This document shows positions 17,085 to 25,478 of a DNA stretch of 48,660 nucleotides, piece after piece. The stretch comes from Patescibacteria group bacterium. GTDB taxonomy: Bacteria > Patescibacteriota > Microgenomatia > Levybacterales > UBA12049. A program made the position numbers and the translations under genes. Every line of letters starts with the position of its first letter. The stretch's first letter is position 1. The notes under the pieces are model-generated. The model searched no databases. It was not told the origin of the DNA and saw only the letters and a program-made list of their open reading frames with translations. The stretch spans positions 1 to 48,660 of the forward strand of contig DASTLH010000036.1 of NCBI GenBank assembly GCA_035715145.1, read 5' to 3'.

Positions 17085-17136
17085 CGGTGATTTTGTCTAT
17101 GAGTTTTTATCGACTCAAAATTTCTCCTACGAAAAG

Positions 17137-17466
17137 TTATTTTATCTTCAGAAGTTCTACTTCAAAAATGAGTGTAGCAAACCCTGGAATCACTGGATCA
17201 ACTCCATATTTCCCATATCCTAATTGGTGAGGGATAGTCAATTTTCTTTTACCTCCGACTTTCATACCTACAACTCCTAAATCCCATCCTTTAATAACAT
17301 ACCCAACTCCAATTTTTGTTTCAAAAGGTTCTTTTCTGTCATAGCTGCTGTCAAATTTTGTTCCATCTTCCAACCAGCCAGTGTAGTGCATGACAACGGT
17401 ATCTCCGTCTTTTACTTCCTCACCTTTGCCTTTTTTGAGGTCTTCAATTTTTAATTCATCAGCCAT
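17137..17466 (-). CDS. FKBP-type peptidyl-prolyl cis-trans isomerase
   Basis: [20 protein letters not shown]...[25 protein letters not shown] is a textbook FKBP domain. Confidence 0.93.
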   Translation of the reverse strand: MADELKIEDLKKGKGEEVKDGDTVVMHYTGWLEDGTKFDSSYDRKEPFETKIGVGYVIKGWDLGVVGMKVGGKRKLTIPHQLGYGKYGVDPVIPGFATLIFEVELLKIK

Positions 17467-17505
17467 AGGAAGAGTATATCAAGAGAAGGGGTTTGGTACA
17501 AGGAA

Positions 17506-17970
17506 TTATTTTTGAGCATCTGGTCTGGCAAGAATGCCTGCGACATCAAAAGCTCCCAAAAGAAGGAAATACTGTCCGTCAATGTCTGTTTGGTTTTCTC
17601 TAACGAATTGATGAATAGCTTCTCCAAGAGTGGGGTTGATATCTGTAATCCGTCGTCTTAATGCAAGGATAACAAATGAAAAATCCATGTCGTCTGCGGT
17701 AATAAGTTGTGTCCGTTCAGCTACATGAGTGGTGAGATGTTCTAGGGTACGCTGAGGATAGGTTGTATTGTTGTGTGTAAGGAAACTATAGGCAATTGAT
17801 GCTCCCGTCGTATAATCATATGCACCCAGTCCATGGGGAAGTGTGCCAACGACAGTGGCAATTGTTTGCGAAAGAAAAGGTTGTTCGTTTTCTAAACGTC
17901 CCAGGATTCTATCCTGAGCATCTGCATTGGATTGTATCGTTGCAAAACTTCTTGAGAATTCAGCTGACAT
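17506..17970 (-). CDS. hypothetical protein (154 aa)
   Basis: Clean ORF. TATAAT (reverse complement of 17979-17984) lies 8 nt upstream of the ATG. No recognised motif. Confidence 0.6.
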   Translation of the reverse strand: MSAEFSRSFATIQSNADAQDRILGRLENEQPFLSQTIATVVGTLPHGLGAYDYTTGASIAYSFLTHNNTTYPQRTLEHLTTHVAERTQLITADDMDFSFVILALRRRITDINPTLGEAIHQFVRENQTDIDGQYFLLLGAFDVAGILARPDAQK

Positions 17971-18089
17971 ATCTGCGCATTATACTATTATAGGACTAGA
18001 ATTTCAAGCAGGAAATACTATCTTATCTTTATCAAGTATTGTATGCGCAATTCTTCTTGGGAGAAAAAATAGAATAATTTAGCCTCATT

Positions 18090-18098
18090 TGGTATAAT
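18090..18098 (+). promoter_or_regulatory. extended -10 (TGgTATAAT) 6 nt upstream of the trhO ATG
   Basis: TATAAT at 18093-18098, ATG at 18105, no SD. Confidence 0.5.
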
Positions 18099-18104
18099 AA
18101 CGAC

Positions 18105-19016
18105 ATGGCTACAGACTCAATAATTATTTTGTTTTATAAATACATTTCTATAGAAAACCCTGAAAAACTTAAAGAAGAGCAAAAATTACTTTGCCAAAAA
18201 TTAGGATTGAAAGGAAGGATGATTATTGCTAAAGAAGGAGTTAACGCTACGTTTGAAGGAACGAGTCAGGCAATCCATACCTATCTTGAAGATTTGCTTT
18301 CTCGTCCAGGGTTTGAGGATATTCATATTAAAAAAAGTGTGGGGACAGGCAACGCGTTTCCACGCCTTTCTATCAAAGTGAGAGAAGAAATTGTGGCAAC
18401 TCATTTGCAGGAAAAAGATATCGATCCAAGAAAAACAACGGGAAAGTATTTGACTGCTCAAGAACTTCGTGAGTGGTTTCAAAGTGGCAAGGAATTTTAC
18501 ATTGTTGATATGAGAAATGATTTTGAACAGGCAGTTGGGTTTTTTAAAAATTCTCTGCCGTCTGGTATGGGATTTTTTAGAGATTTGCCAAAAGTATTAA
18601 AAAATATAGAACATTTAAAAAATAAAACAATTCTTACAGTTTGTACCGGAGGAGTGCGGTGTGAGAAGGCTTCAGGATTTTTAGTAGAAAATGGATTTTC
18701 TGATGTTTATCAACTTTTCGGTGGGATAGTAACGTATATGGAAACCTATCCTGGTGAAGATTTCTTGGGGAGTCTATATGTTTTTGATAACAGACTTGTC
18801 ATGGGATTTAATATGGATGATCCCAAGCGGACAATTGTTGGAAAATGTGTTGTGTGTGGCAATCCCTCAGAGCATTTTATTAACTGTAAAGATGGATTTT
18901 GTCACAGACATTTTATTGTATGTGAAGATTGTTTGGGTGGGGCTGAAAGCATTTTGTGCCCCATGGGATGTCGAGATTATTCACAAGAACACCCAGAAGC
19001 TGTTGCTGCAAGATAA
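18105..19016 (+). CDS. trhO: rhodanese-domain tRNA uridine(34) hydroxylase (UPF0176/YceA family)
   Basis: N-terminal FYKY...L.G...IA.EG.NA pattern, rhodanese active-site loop CTGGVRCEKAS, C-terminal Cys-rich tail. Confidence 0.8.
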   Translation: MATDSIIILFYKYISIENPEKLKEEQKLLCQKLGLKGRMIIAKEGVNATFEGTSQAIHTYLEDLLSRPGFEDIHIKKSVGTGNAFPRLSIKVREEIVATHLQEKDIDPRKTTGKYLTAQELREWFQSGKEFYIVDMRNDFEQAVGFFKNSLPSGMGFFRDLPKVLKNIEHLKNKTILTVCTGGVRCEKASGFLVENGFSDVYQLFGGIVTYMETYPGEDFLGSLYVFDNRLVMGFNMDDPKRTIVGKCVVCGNPSEHFINCKDGFCHRHFIVCEDCLGGAESILCPMGCRDYSQEHPEAVAAR

Positions 19017-19034
19017 ATCTGCTATACTTTTCTC

Positions 19035-19481
19035 ATGCAAAAAGGAATTGATTACATAGGCGTTGGAGTTGGCGCCGCAATTTTTAATACTGAGGGGAAA
19101 GTATTTATTACCAAACGCGGACCAAAAGCAAAAAATGAGCGGGGAAAATGGGAAATTCCTGGTGGTGGTGTTGAGTATGGAGAAACATTTGAGAAGGCTC
19201 TCAAACGGGAAATTAAAGAAGAGCATGGAGTTGAAATAGAAGTGCTTGAGCTTCTGGGTGTGTGTGACCATATTATCGCAGATGAAAAACAACATTGGGT
19301 TTCTCCTACGTTTATTTGCAAAATTACAAAAGGAATTCCGGAAATTTTAGAACCTGAGAAATGCAGCGAATTTGGGTGGTTTAGTCTTTCAGAAGCTGAA
19401 AAGCTTGATTTATCAATTGTGACTAAGTATGACATTTCAATTTTGAAGAAAAAATATCCAAATGGATTTTTTTGGAAATAA
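19035..19481 (+). CDS. NUDIX hydrolase
   Basis: Nudix box GGGVEYGETFEKALKREIKEEHGVE. Confidence 0.9.
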   Translation: MQKGIDYIGVGVGAAIFNTEGKVFITKRGPKAKNERGKWEIPGGGVEYGETFEKALKREIKEEHGVEIEVLELLGVCDHIIADEKQHWVSPTFICKITKGIPEILEPEKCSEFGWFSLSEAEKLDLSIVTKYDISILKKKYPNGFFWK

Positions 19482-19487
19482 CCATTT

Positions 19488-19496
19488 TGCTATACT
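19488..19496 (+). promoter_or_regulatory. extended -10 (TGcTATACT) 6 nt upstream of the msrB ATG
   Basis: TATACT at 19491-19496, ATG at 19503. Confidence 0.5.
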
Positions 19497-19502
19497 ACAC
19501 CT

Positions 19503-19904
19503 ATGAGTGACATGAAAAACATTTCAAATGAAGAGTGGAAGAAAAAATTAACTCCAGAAGAATATCGAGTACTTCGCGAGAAAGCAACAGAAGCTCCTGG
19601 GACAGGGAAGTTTTACAAAAACTTTGAAACTGGTATGTATACCTGCGCTGCTTGTGGAAATGAATTATTTGCATCAGATACAAAGTTTGATAGTGATTGT
19701 GGGTGGCCAAGTTTTGATAAATCACTTACTGGGGCAGTAGAATTTCATGATGATTCTTCTTTTGGTATGCATAGAATTGAGGTTACTTGCAATACATGTG
19801 GAGGACACCTTGGTCATATTTTTGATGATGGACCAACTCAGACAGGAAAGCGTTATTGTATTAATTCCTCAGCTCTTCATTTTACTCAACAACAGCAGAA
19901 GTAA
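19503..19904 (+). CDS. msrB: peptide-methionine (R)-S-oxide reductase
   Basis: CAACG...CGWPSF...CNTCGGHLGHIFDDGP...RYCINS. Confidence 0.93.
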   Translation: MSDMKNISNEEWKKKLTPEEYRVLREKATEAPGTGKFYKNFETGMYTCAACGNELFASDTKFDSDCGWPSFDKSLTGAVEFHDDSSFGMHRIEVTCNTCGGHLGHIFDDGPTQTGKRYCINSSALHFTQQQQK

Positions 19905-21120
19905 TTTCATGCTTATAATTTCGAATTGTTGGAATACAATAGGTGACAAATCCAATTGCAATCAGTGTCCCTATGCCACCAATAACTACTGAAAGTGGTC
20001 CACCAACAGCTGCTGCAAGAATTCCTGCTTCAAAATCTCCTAGCTGAGGGCCTCCCATAAAGAAAATCATATTGACTGATGTCATGCGTCCACGAATATA
20101 ATCCGGTGTTGCCAGCTGGCGAATAGTGTTTCGTAAAATTGCACTGACACTGTCGCCACCGCCCACAAGAAAGAGCGCAAAAAATGACCAAATAAAATCT
20201 TTTGAAATACCAAAAAGGATTGTTCCAACGGCATAAAAAGTAATTGAAATCAGCAAAACTTTTCCGGGTTTTTTAATGTGTCCTATATGTGCTACTGCAA
20301 GTGCAGCTAGTACTGCGCCAATGGAAGGGGCTGCATACAAAAAGCCTAATCCCTGTGGGCCAACATGAAGAATATCTTTTGCAAAAACTGGAATAAGAGA
20401 TGTTGCAGAGGCAAAAAAAGTGCTGAAGAAATCCAAAAGCATGGTAGACCAGATAATGGTTTTTGATTTTACAAAAACCAATCCTTCCCAAATGGCAGCA
20501 AAAGAAACCGGTTCTGTCGGGCCTTCCACATGGCCTGGGTGATACATGAAAATTAATGCTCCAATAATAGCGATATAGGAAAGTGCATTTAATAGATAGA
20601 TGTTGCCAACACCAATTGCAGCAATTGCCAATCCTCCAAGTGCTGGACCACCAATAGCGGAAACTTCCCACATAATAGAATTTAAACTCATAGCATTGGT
20701 AAGATGTTCTCTGTCCACTAAGTTGGGAGTAAGTGCCTGTCGTGCCGGCATATCAAAAGTAAATGCAATAGAACTCAGAATGGTAATAATAAAAATAAGA
20801 GGCGCGTTGATACTATGAAAAATACTTAGTACTCCTAGAAGTATGGCAAAAGCTGCCTGGATTGTTTGGGTGAAATACAAAATGTATTTTCTGTTATGAA
20901 CATCGGAAATAGATCCTGCAAGAAGAGAAAAAATAGCAATAGGGAGGAATCGAAAAAGCCCGATAAGTCCTAAGGCAACAGCAGAGTGGGTAATCTCATA
21001 AATTTGCCAGTTGAGTGCAACCATTTGCATTTGAGTTCCGGTAAGAGAGAGAAGTTGGCCGCCCCACAAAAGCCTAAAATCACGATAAAAAAATGCAGGA
21101 AATCGTTTGCGAATGTTCAT
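19882..21120 (-). CDS. MFS transporter
   Basis: 412 aa with about 12 hydrophobic helices. The GSISDVHNRKY loop between TM2 and TM3 is MFS-like. The 3' end overlaps msrB by 23 nt (convergent). Confidence 0.8.
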   Translation of the reverse strand: MNIRKRFPAFFYRDFRLLWGGQLLSLTGTQMQMVALNWQIYEITHSAVALGLIGLFRFLPIAIFSLLAGSISDVHNRKYILYFTQTIQAAFAILLGVLSIFHSINAPLIFIITILSSIAFTFDMPARQALTPNLVDREHLTNAMSLNSIMWEVSAIGGPALGGLAIAAIGVGNIYLLNALSYIAIIGALIFMYHPGHVEGPTEPVSFAAIWEGLVFVKSKTIIWSTMLLDFFSTFFASATSLIPVFAKDILHVGPQGLGFLYAAPSIGAVLAALAVAHIGHIKKPGKVLLISITFYAVGTILFGISKDFIWSFFALFLVGGGDSVSAILRNTIRQLATPDYIRGRMTSVNMIFFMGGPQLGDFEAGILAAAVGGPLSVVIGGIGTLIAIGFVTYCIPTIRNYKHEITSAVVE

Positions 21121-21187
21121 AGGAATAATTTATTCTAACATGAATTACACCCTTGTATAGTTGCTTTTTTTTACGAATAATAAGGGT

Positions 21188-22690
21188 ATGAAGAAAACAA
21201 TTCAAATAGTCCTTTTTTCTCTTCTTTTGATTGGTGGACTTCTTCTTCGAACCATTGGTCTGACACGTGTTCCAGCAGGGTTTTTCTGTGATGAAGCAGC
21301 AATTGGGTATAACGCGTATACGCTTTTACATACTGGTGCAGATGAATACGGTAAACCTTTCCCTCTCTTTTTTCAATCGTTTGGTGATTATAAAGACCCG
21401 GTCCAAATTTACACAACTATTCCGTATGTTGCTCTTTTAGGACTTTCAGAGGTAAGTACCCGGTTGCCGTCTGTTGTCTGGGGAATGCTGCTTTTAATTG
21501 TTTTATATTTTTTAGGAAAGCAAATTCATTCTCCTGTTGCTGGGTGGGGAAGTGCCATTGCTGGCGCCACAATGCCCTGGCTAATTCATTATAATAGGAT
21601 TGGGTTTGAACTAAACGCCTATGTGTTTTTCTTTTCTCTGACAGTTTTGTTTTTTTTGAAAGCAGTGCAGAGGAAATCATGGTTGATTCCTGCTTGGATT
21701 GCAGCCGGAATAACTGCGTATACCTATCAGCCGGCCAAATTATTGGTGCCCCTTCTTCTTGTAGGAATTATCATAATTTATTGGAAAAAATTACGTGGGG
21801 CAAAGTCTTTTTTTATAATAGGTGTTCTTGTGTTTTTTGCACTTATTCTGCCACTTCTGGCAAGCTTTTTTACTCCAGAAGCAACTGCCAGATTTGTTAT
21901 GGTGTCAGTTTTTAGCGCGAAATTGTCACTCTCTCAAACACTTTTTAAAATTGCCAGTAATTATTTTTTTCAGTTATCTCCGCAGTTTTTCTTAGTCGGA
22001 GAACCGACATTTATTACCAGACATTTTACCAATGGCCTGTTGCCTTTGTTGCCCATAACAATTCCATTATTGTGTTTGGGACTTTTGGAAGTTTTATTTA
22101 CTTGTACTAAAAAAGAATCACAGCTTCTTTTGTGGTGGTTGCTCTTATATCCAATCGGGGGAGCAGTGGTTGCTGAGGCGCCATTCACAAATAGGGCAGT
22201 AATTGGAGCGCCATTTTTTGCACTTTTAATTGGAATAGGATTAGCATTGGTTTTCAAGCATTCACGCCATCTTCATTCAAAAATTCTTATTGGATTTATT
22301 ATGAGTGTTCTTTTTGCTCTCAATCTGACAATTTTTTGTCAGTTTTATTTTAAAGTGTATCCTTTGATTTCGTCTGATTTTTGGGGGTGGCAGTTTGGTG
22401 CGAAAGATATTGTCGGATATTTTGCTACTCATGAGGCAAACTATGATGATGAAGTAATGCAGGGAGAATTTAATGAACCGGAAATTTTTCTTAAATTTTA
22501 TGCTCCAACTCAGTGTAAAAAATGCCAGATTGGAGACCCTGAAAGTCTTTATAACCCTAAAAGAAAACAATTATTTGCACTGACACCTGAATACATTGGA
22601 AAGCATTCGGAATTTCACTACAGTATTGTAAAAAATATTTTATACCCCAATGCCACAACGGCATTCTACTTAGTAACAGTGAAGAAATAA
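21188..22690 (+). CDS. GT-C fold glycosyltransferase (ArnT/PMT, family-39-like)
   Basis: Polytopic protein of about 500 aa. The first extracytoplasmic loop, FFCDEAAIGYNAYTLLHTGADEYG, carries the acidic DE motif typical of ArnT/PMT-type enzymes. SD AAGGG precedes ATG 21188. Confidence 0.65.
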   Translation: MKKTIQIVLFSLLLIGGLLLRTIGLTRVPAGFFCDEAAIGYNAYTLLHTGADEYGKPFPLFFQSFGDYKDPVQIYTTIPYVALLGLSEVSTRLPSVVWGMLLLIVLYFLGKQIHSPVAGWGSAIAGATMPWLIHYNRIGFELNAYVFFFSLTVLFFLKAVQRKSWLIPAWIAAGITAYTYQPAKLLVPLLLVGIIIIYWKKLRGAKSFFIIGVLVFFALILPLLASFFTPEATARFVMVSVFSAKLSLSQTLFKIASNYFFQLSPQFFLVGEPTFITRHFTNGLLPLLPITIPLLCLGLLEVLFTCTKKESQLLLWWLLLYPIGGAVVAEAPFTNRAVIGAPFFALLIGIGLALVFKHSRHLHSKILIGFIMSVLFALNLTIFCQFYFKVYPLISSDFWGWQFGAKDIVGYFATHEANYDDEVMQGEFNEPEIFLKFYAPTQCKKCQIGDPESLYNPKRKQLFALTPEYIGKHSEFHYSIVKNILYPNATTAFYLVTVKK

Positions 22691-23290
22691 TTAGGAAGGT
22701 TTAGCAATTATTACTAATCGCTTGAGATCGGCAAAGCCAACACATGTGTATAAAATAAGTGTTTCTCCTTTTTGACTGGAAAGAATTTTGGTGTCAGTTG
22801 GGTCAACAGTTGCTATTTTTTTAATTGTGTAGTGAAACTGTTTTTTATCTTTATTTGTAAGTGTAATTGTTTGGCCTGTTGAAACCCAAAGCAGTGGACC
22901 AAATCTGTCATTAGTGTTGTGCGCATACACAATAATTGTGCCATTTTCTCCGGGTCTGGCTGACTCTGCAAGATGAGAAACACCATTGTCTGCAATTTGC
23001 CAGACACCTTGAGCAATTACTGTTTCAAAAACAGGGAGCGTAATATCCACATTGGGAATAGAAATATCGGTTGGTTGGGAAGTTCGGTGGGCGACTACCG
23101 GAATAATCTTTTGATTGAAAAAAGAGAGTTGAATAAGCTGGTGAACATGATAGACCACTGCAATACTAATACAAATACTGCCAAGAATAAAAAGGATTTT
23201 ACTTAGAGGGGGAAGAGAATGAGAAGAAGATTTCCTTTTTGAGGAAGAGGATTTTTTCTTATTTACTAAACGTTTTTGCTTTTTTTGCAT
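22691..23290 (-). CDS. sortase-family transpeptidase
   Basis: N-terminal basic tail plus TM anchor, catalytic His in IIVYAHN, catalytic Cys in TLILYTC, and a downstream Arg. The 5' end overlaps its putative substrate gene by 32 nt. Confidence 0.85.
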   Translation of the reverse strand: MQKKQKRLVNKKKSSSSKRKSSSHSLPPLSKILFILGSICISIAVVYHVHQLIQLSFFNQKIIPVVAHRTSQPTDISIPNVDITLPVFETVIAQGVWQIADNGVSHLAESARPGENGTIIVYAHNTNDRFGPLLWVSTGQTITLTNKDKKQFHYTIKKIATVDPTDTKILSSQKGETLILYTCVGFADLKRLVIIAKPS

Positions 23291-24335
23291 AGATATAAGC
23301 TGCTGCCATCATCAGTATACCCATACCAGCGATATCATTGACAAGGGTTTCTTCAAAAGTTCCTGTTGAAGCCATTGTTGATGCTCCCAAAACAGCTTGT
23401 GTTGATGCTCCAAGAACTTGGCCTTGAGGTGCTTGTGTACAAGATGGGCAACTTGAAAGTCCATCACTTCGTCCATCTCCGCCACCTGTTCCACCATTAT
23501 TATTGTTGTTTGGTGTTGCAGTTGGAGTAGGTGCTGCTGTTGGGGTAGCAGTTGGTGTTGCAGTAGGATTTGCACATGCGTCATCTCCATTTGGATTACT
23601 GCCATCTGTATCGTGGTCACAGTCAAGAATAGGAGTAACAGAAGGAGTTATACATACATCATCGCTATCTGGTTTGCCCCCATCAGTATCACCATCACAA
23701 TCTTTTGTTGGTGTTGGAGTAGGGCTAGCACATACAGATGTACTTGTTGCATTAGTAATATCTCCACTCTCACCAGTTGAAGCATCTGTCCATGTGCCAT
23801 GCTGACATGTAGCATATGTCCATCCCCAAGTACTATAACTATGTCCATCTCCTGTAAAATAATTTTGAAGTAACAAATGAAGTGTCCCGTCTGTTACACA
23901 ATTAGAAACACTACAATCAAGTGTTGGTGGATTAATATCACCCAAGTCATCTTTAGGAGTTCCTGAAATAGTAAATATAGCTCCTCCATTAAATGTTCCG
24001 GTAATTCCTGCACTAAGAGCAGTTCCTGCTTGAGGAGAGTTAGGGCCCGTTGTGGTGAATGTACCACTATCGGTTATTTGACCACAATAGGTGCTTCCTT
24101 GTTTCCAAATTTGCAGATGTCTTGAAAAATTATCATTTGCCCAATTGCCATGATTTCCTGAGTCTGGATCGTTGGTAACAGATTGTGTTTTATCTACTAC
24201 GATATTTCCATTGCATGCAGAAGCTGTTGCTTGTACCGGTTGAGCTACTGGGTGAGAGAAGAATACAATACCTGCAACTAAAGCAAATGCAATAGTTGTC
24301 AGGAGTGTCCCAAGTTTTATAAATCCTTTGTTCAT
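23259..24335 (-). CDS. cell-surface protein with a C-terminal sortase sorting signal
   Basis: N-terminal signal/anchor, the conserved NDxDSG...GNSG domain shared with 35154-35843 and 37902-38564, two DCDxDTDG..P..DD.C repeats, a Thr/Pro linker, then MASTG, a hydrophobic helix and a KKAKTFSK tail. Confidence 0.8.
   Translation of the reverse strand: MNKGFIKLGTLLTTIAFALVAGIVFFSHPVAQPVQATASACNGNIVVDKTQSVTNDPDSGNHGNWANDNFSRHLQIWKQGSTYCGQITDSGTFTTTGPNSPQAGTALSAGITGTFNGGAIFTISGTPKDDLGDINPPTLDCSVSNCVTDGTLHLLLQNYFTGDGHSYSTWGWTYATCQHGTWTDASTGESGDITNATSTSVCASPTPTPTKDCDGDTDGGKPDSDDVCITPSVTPILDCDHDTDGSNPNGDDACANPTATPTATPTAAPTPTATPNNNNNGGTGGGDGRSDGLSSCPSCTQAPQGQVLGASTQAVLGASTMASTGTFEETLVNDIAGMGILMMAAAYIYAKKAKTFSK
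23574..23702 (-). repeat. two tandem acidic Cys-flanked repeats (thrombospondin-type-3-like calcium-binding motif) within the surface protein
   Basis: DCDGDTDGGKPDSDDVC (aa 212-228) and DCDHDTDGSNPNGDDAC (aa 238-254), followed by a PTATPTATPTAAPTPTATP linker. Confidence 0.6.
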
Positions 24336-24358
24336 AAAAAAAGTCTCTTAATAGAGAC
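24336..24358 (-). terminator. hairpin GTCTCT-atta-AGAGAC plus T7 run immediately upstream of the surface-protein ATG
   Basis: On the minus strand: stem 24358-24353 pairs with 24348-24343, T-run 24342-24336, ATG at 24335. A TGcTATACT element (24374-24366) lies just upstream. It could terminate the peptidase gene or act as a leader attenuator. Confidence 0.4.
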
Positions 24359-24435
24359 GTCGCTGGAGTATAGCACTTTGTCTTATAAGTATCAAGTGGC
24401 AGGTTGATTGAGGGAAAATGATGTGTTTATAGAAA

Positions 24436-24822
24436 TTATTTGAGGAATTGTTTGGCAAAATCGTCAGCTTCTTTTTCTTGTTTGGAAATTTCCTCTTTTG
24501 ACTGATTGGAAAACACTGCATTTCTATGCCCAAGCATGACGTGTCCTATTTCATGGGCAATAGTGTAGTAGATTTGGTGAAGTTCTTGAGAAAGGAGTTC
24601 ATCACTTAAAAAGATAAGATGTTGGTTTTTTAAATCATTTCCTGTAAAGGTGAATGCCCAGGCATCGTCCATAGATGCCATAAACCAGCAATTGGCAGTA
24701 ATATACTCAATAATTTTGTCTGGAAAAAACGTGAGAACTTCGCAAACAAATGTTTTCATTTTTTTATTTCCGACAAGTTTTCCTTGGAATGCCTGATAAA
24801 TAGGGAGTAAATCGTTTCTCAC
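24436..24822 (-). CDS. ImmA/IrrE-like zinc metallopeptidase
   Basis: HEIGHVMLGH (HExxH) followed by EKEADDFAKQFL (E.EAn.FA motif). GTG 24822 lies 6 nt downstream of TGcTATACT (24837-24829, minus strand). The alternative start is ATG 24759. Confidence 0.65.
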   Translation of the reverse strand: MRNDLLPIYQAFQGKLVGNKKMKTFVCEVLTFFPDKIIEYITANCWFMASMDDAWAFTFTGNDLKNQHLIFLSDELLSQELHQIYYTIAHEIGHVMLGHRNAVFSNQSKEEISKQEKEADDFAKQFLK

Positions 24823-24894
24823 AGGAAGAGTATAGCAATTTTATCTGAAAAAAAACAAAAGATTTTTATGAGAAAGTGTGTATATACTATATGT

Positions 24895-25380
24895 ATGCAA
24901 AAGAAGATACGAAAATTGCCCATTCTTCCTTTTCTTTTTTCTCTTTTTGTTACCTTTGTTGCCGGGGGAGTAGGGCAGCTATTTACCTATAAAGAAATTT
25001 CCACCTGGTATGCCTCACTTCATAAGCCGGCATTTACCCCTCCTAATAGTATTTTTGGCCCTGTCTGGACAAGTCTTTATTTTCTTATGGCTTTGTCATT
25101 GACTATAATTCTTCAAAAGAATTCTACAAAAAGAAAAACAATTGCTTTAGAGCTCTTTTTTGTCCAACTTGTTTTAAATAGTCTGTGGTCTATTATCTTT
25201 TTTGGATTTCATCAAATACAATTTGCTTTAACTGATATTATTGTTCTTTTTATTTTTATTATGTTGACTCTATTTCTTTTCTGGAAACTTTCAAAAACTG
25301 CTGCGATTTTATTGGCTCCGTACCTTGTCTGGGTAGGGTTTGCCAGTATCCTCAATCTCTTTATTTTTATTCTTAATTAA
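24895..25380 (+). CDS. tspO: TspO/MBR family tryptophan-rich sensory protein
   Basis: Five helices, with WY..L.KP.F.PP...F.PVWT.LY and N..WS..FF motifs. TATACT (24883-24888) lies 6 nt before ATG 24895. Confidence 0.85.
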   Translation: MQKKIRKLPILPFLFSLFVTFVAGGVGQLFTYKEISTWYASLHKPAFTPPNSIFGPVWTSLYFLMALSLTIILQKNSTKRKTIALELFFVQLVLNSLWSIIFFGFHQIQFALTDIIVLFIFIMLTLFLFWKLSKTAAILLAPYLVWVGFASILNLFIFILN

Positions 25381-25437
25381 AAGAAAATTACCCCTTTTCA
25401 AACACAAAAAAAATATGTCATACTTTTCAAAAGCAAT

Positions 25438-25466
25438 TTGACAATTAGAGGGAAACAAGATATAGT
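25438..25466 (+). promoter_or_regulatory. promoter TTGACA-17-TATAGT upstream of the metallophosphoesterase/RHH gene pair
   Basis: TTGACA at 25438-25443, 17-nt spacer, TATAGT at 25461-25466. The ATG lies 12 nt downstream with no SD. Confidence 0.55.
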
Positions 25467-25478
25467 ACCCAAAATATT

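Noticed and set aside
23503-23805. 100-aa plus-strand ORF (GVAVGV repeats), plus the minus-strand alternate-frame ORFs 23312-23626 and 23648-23848
   Set aside because: These are artefacts of the low-complexity Thr/Pro/Asp-coding repeats of the surface-protein gene, either mirror-frame or alternate-frame.
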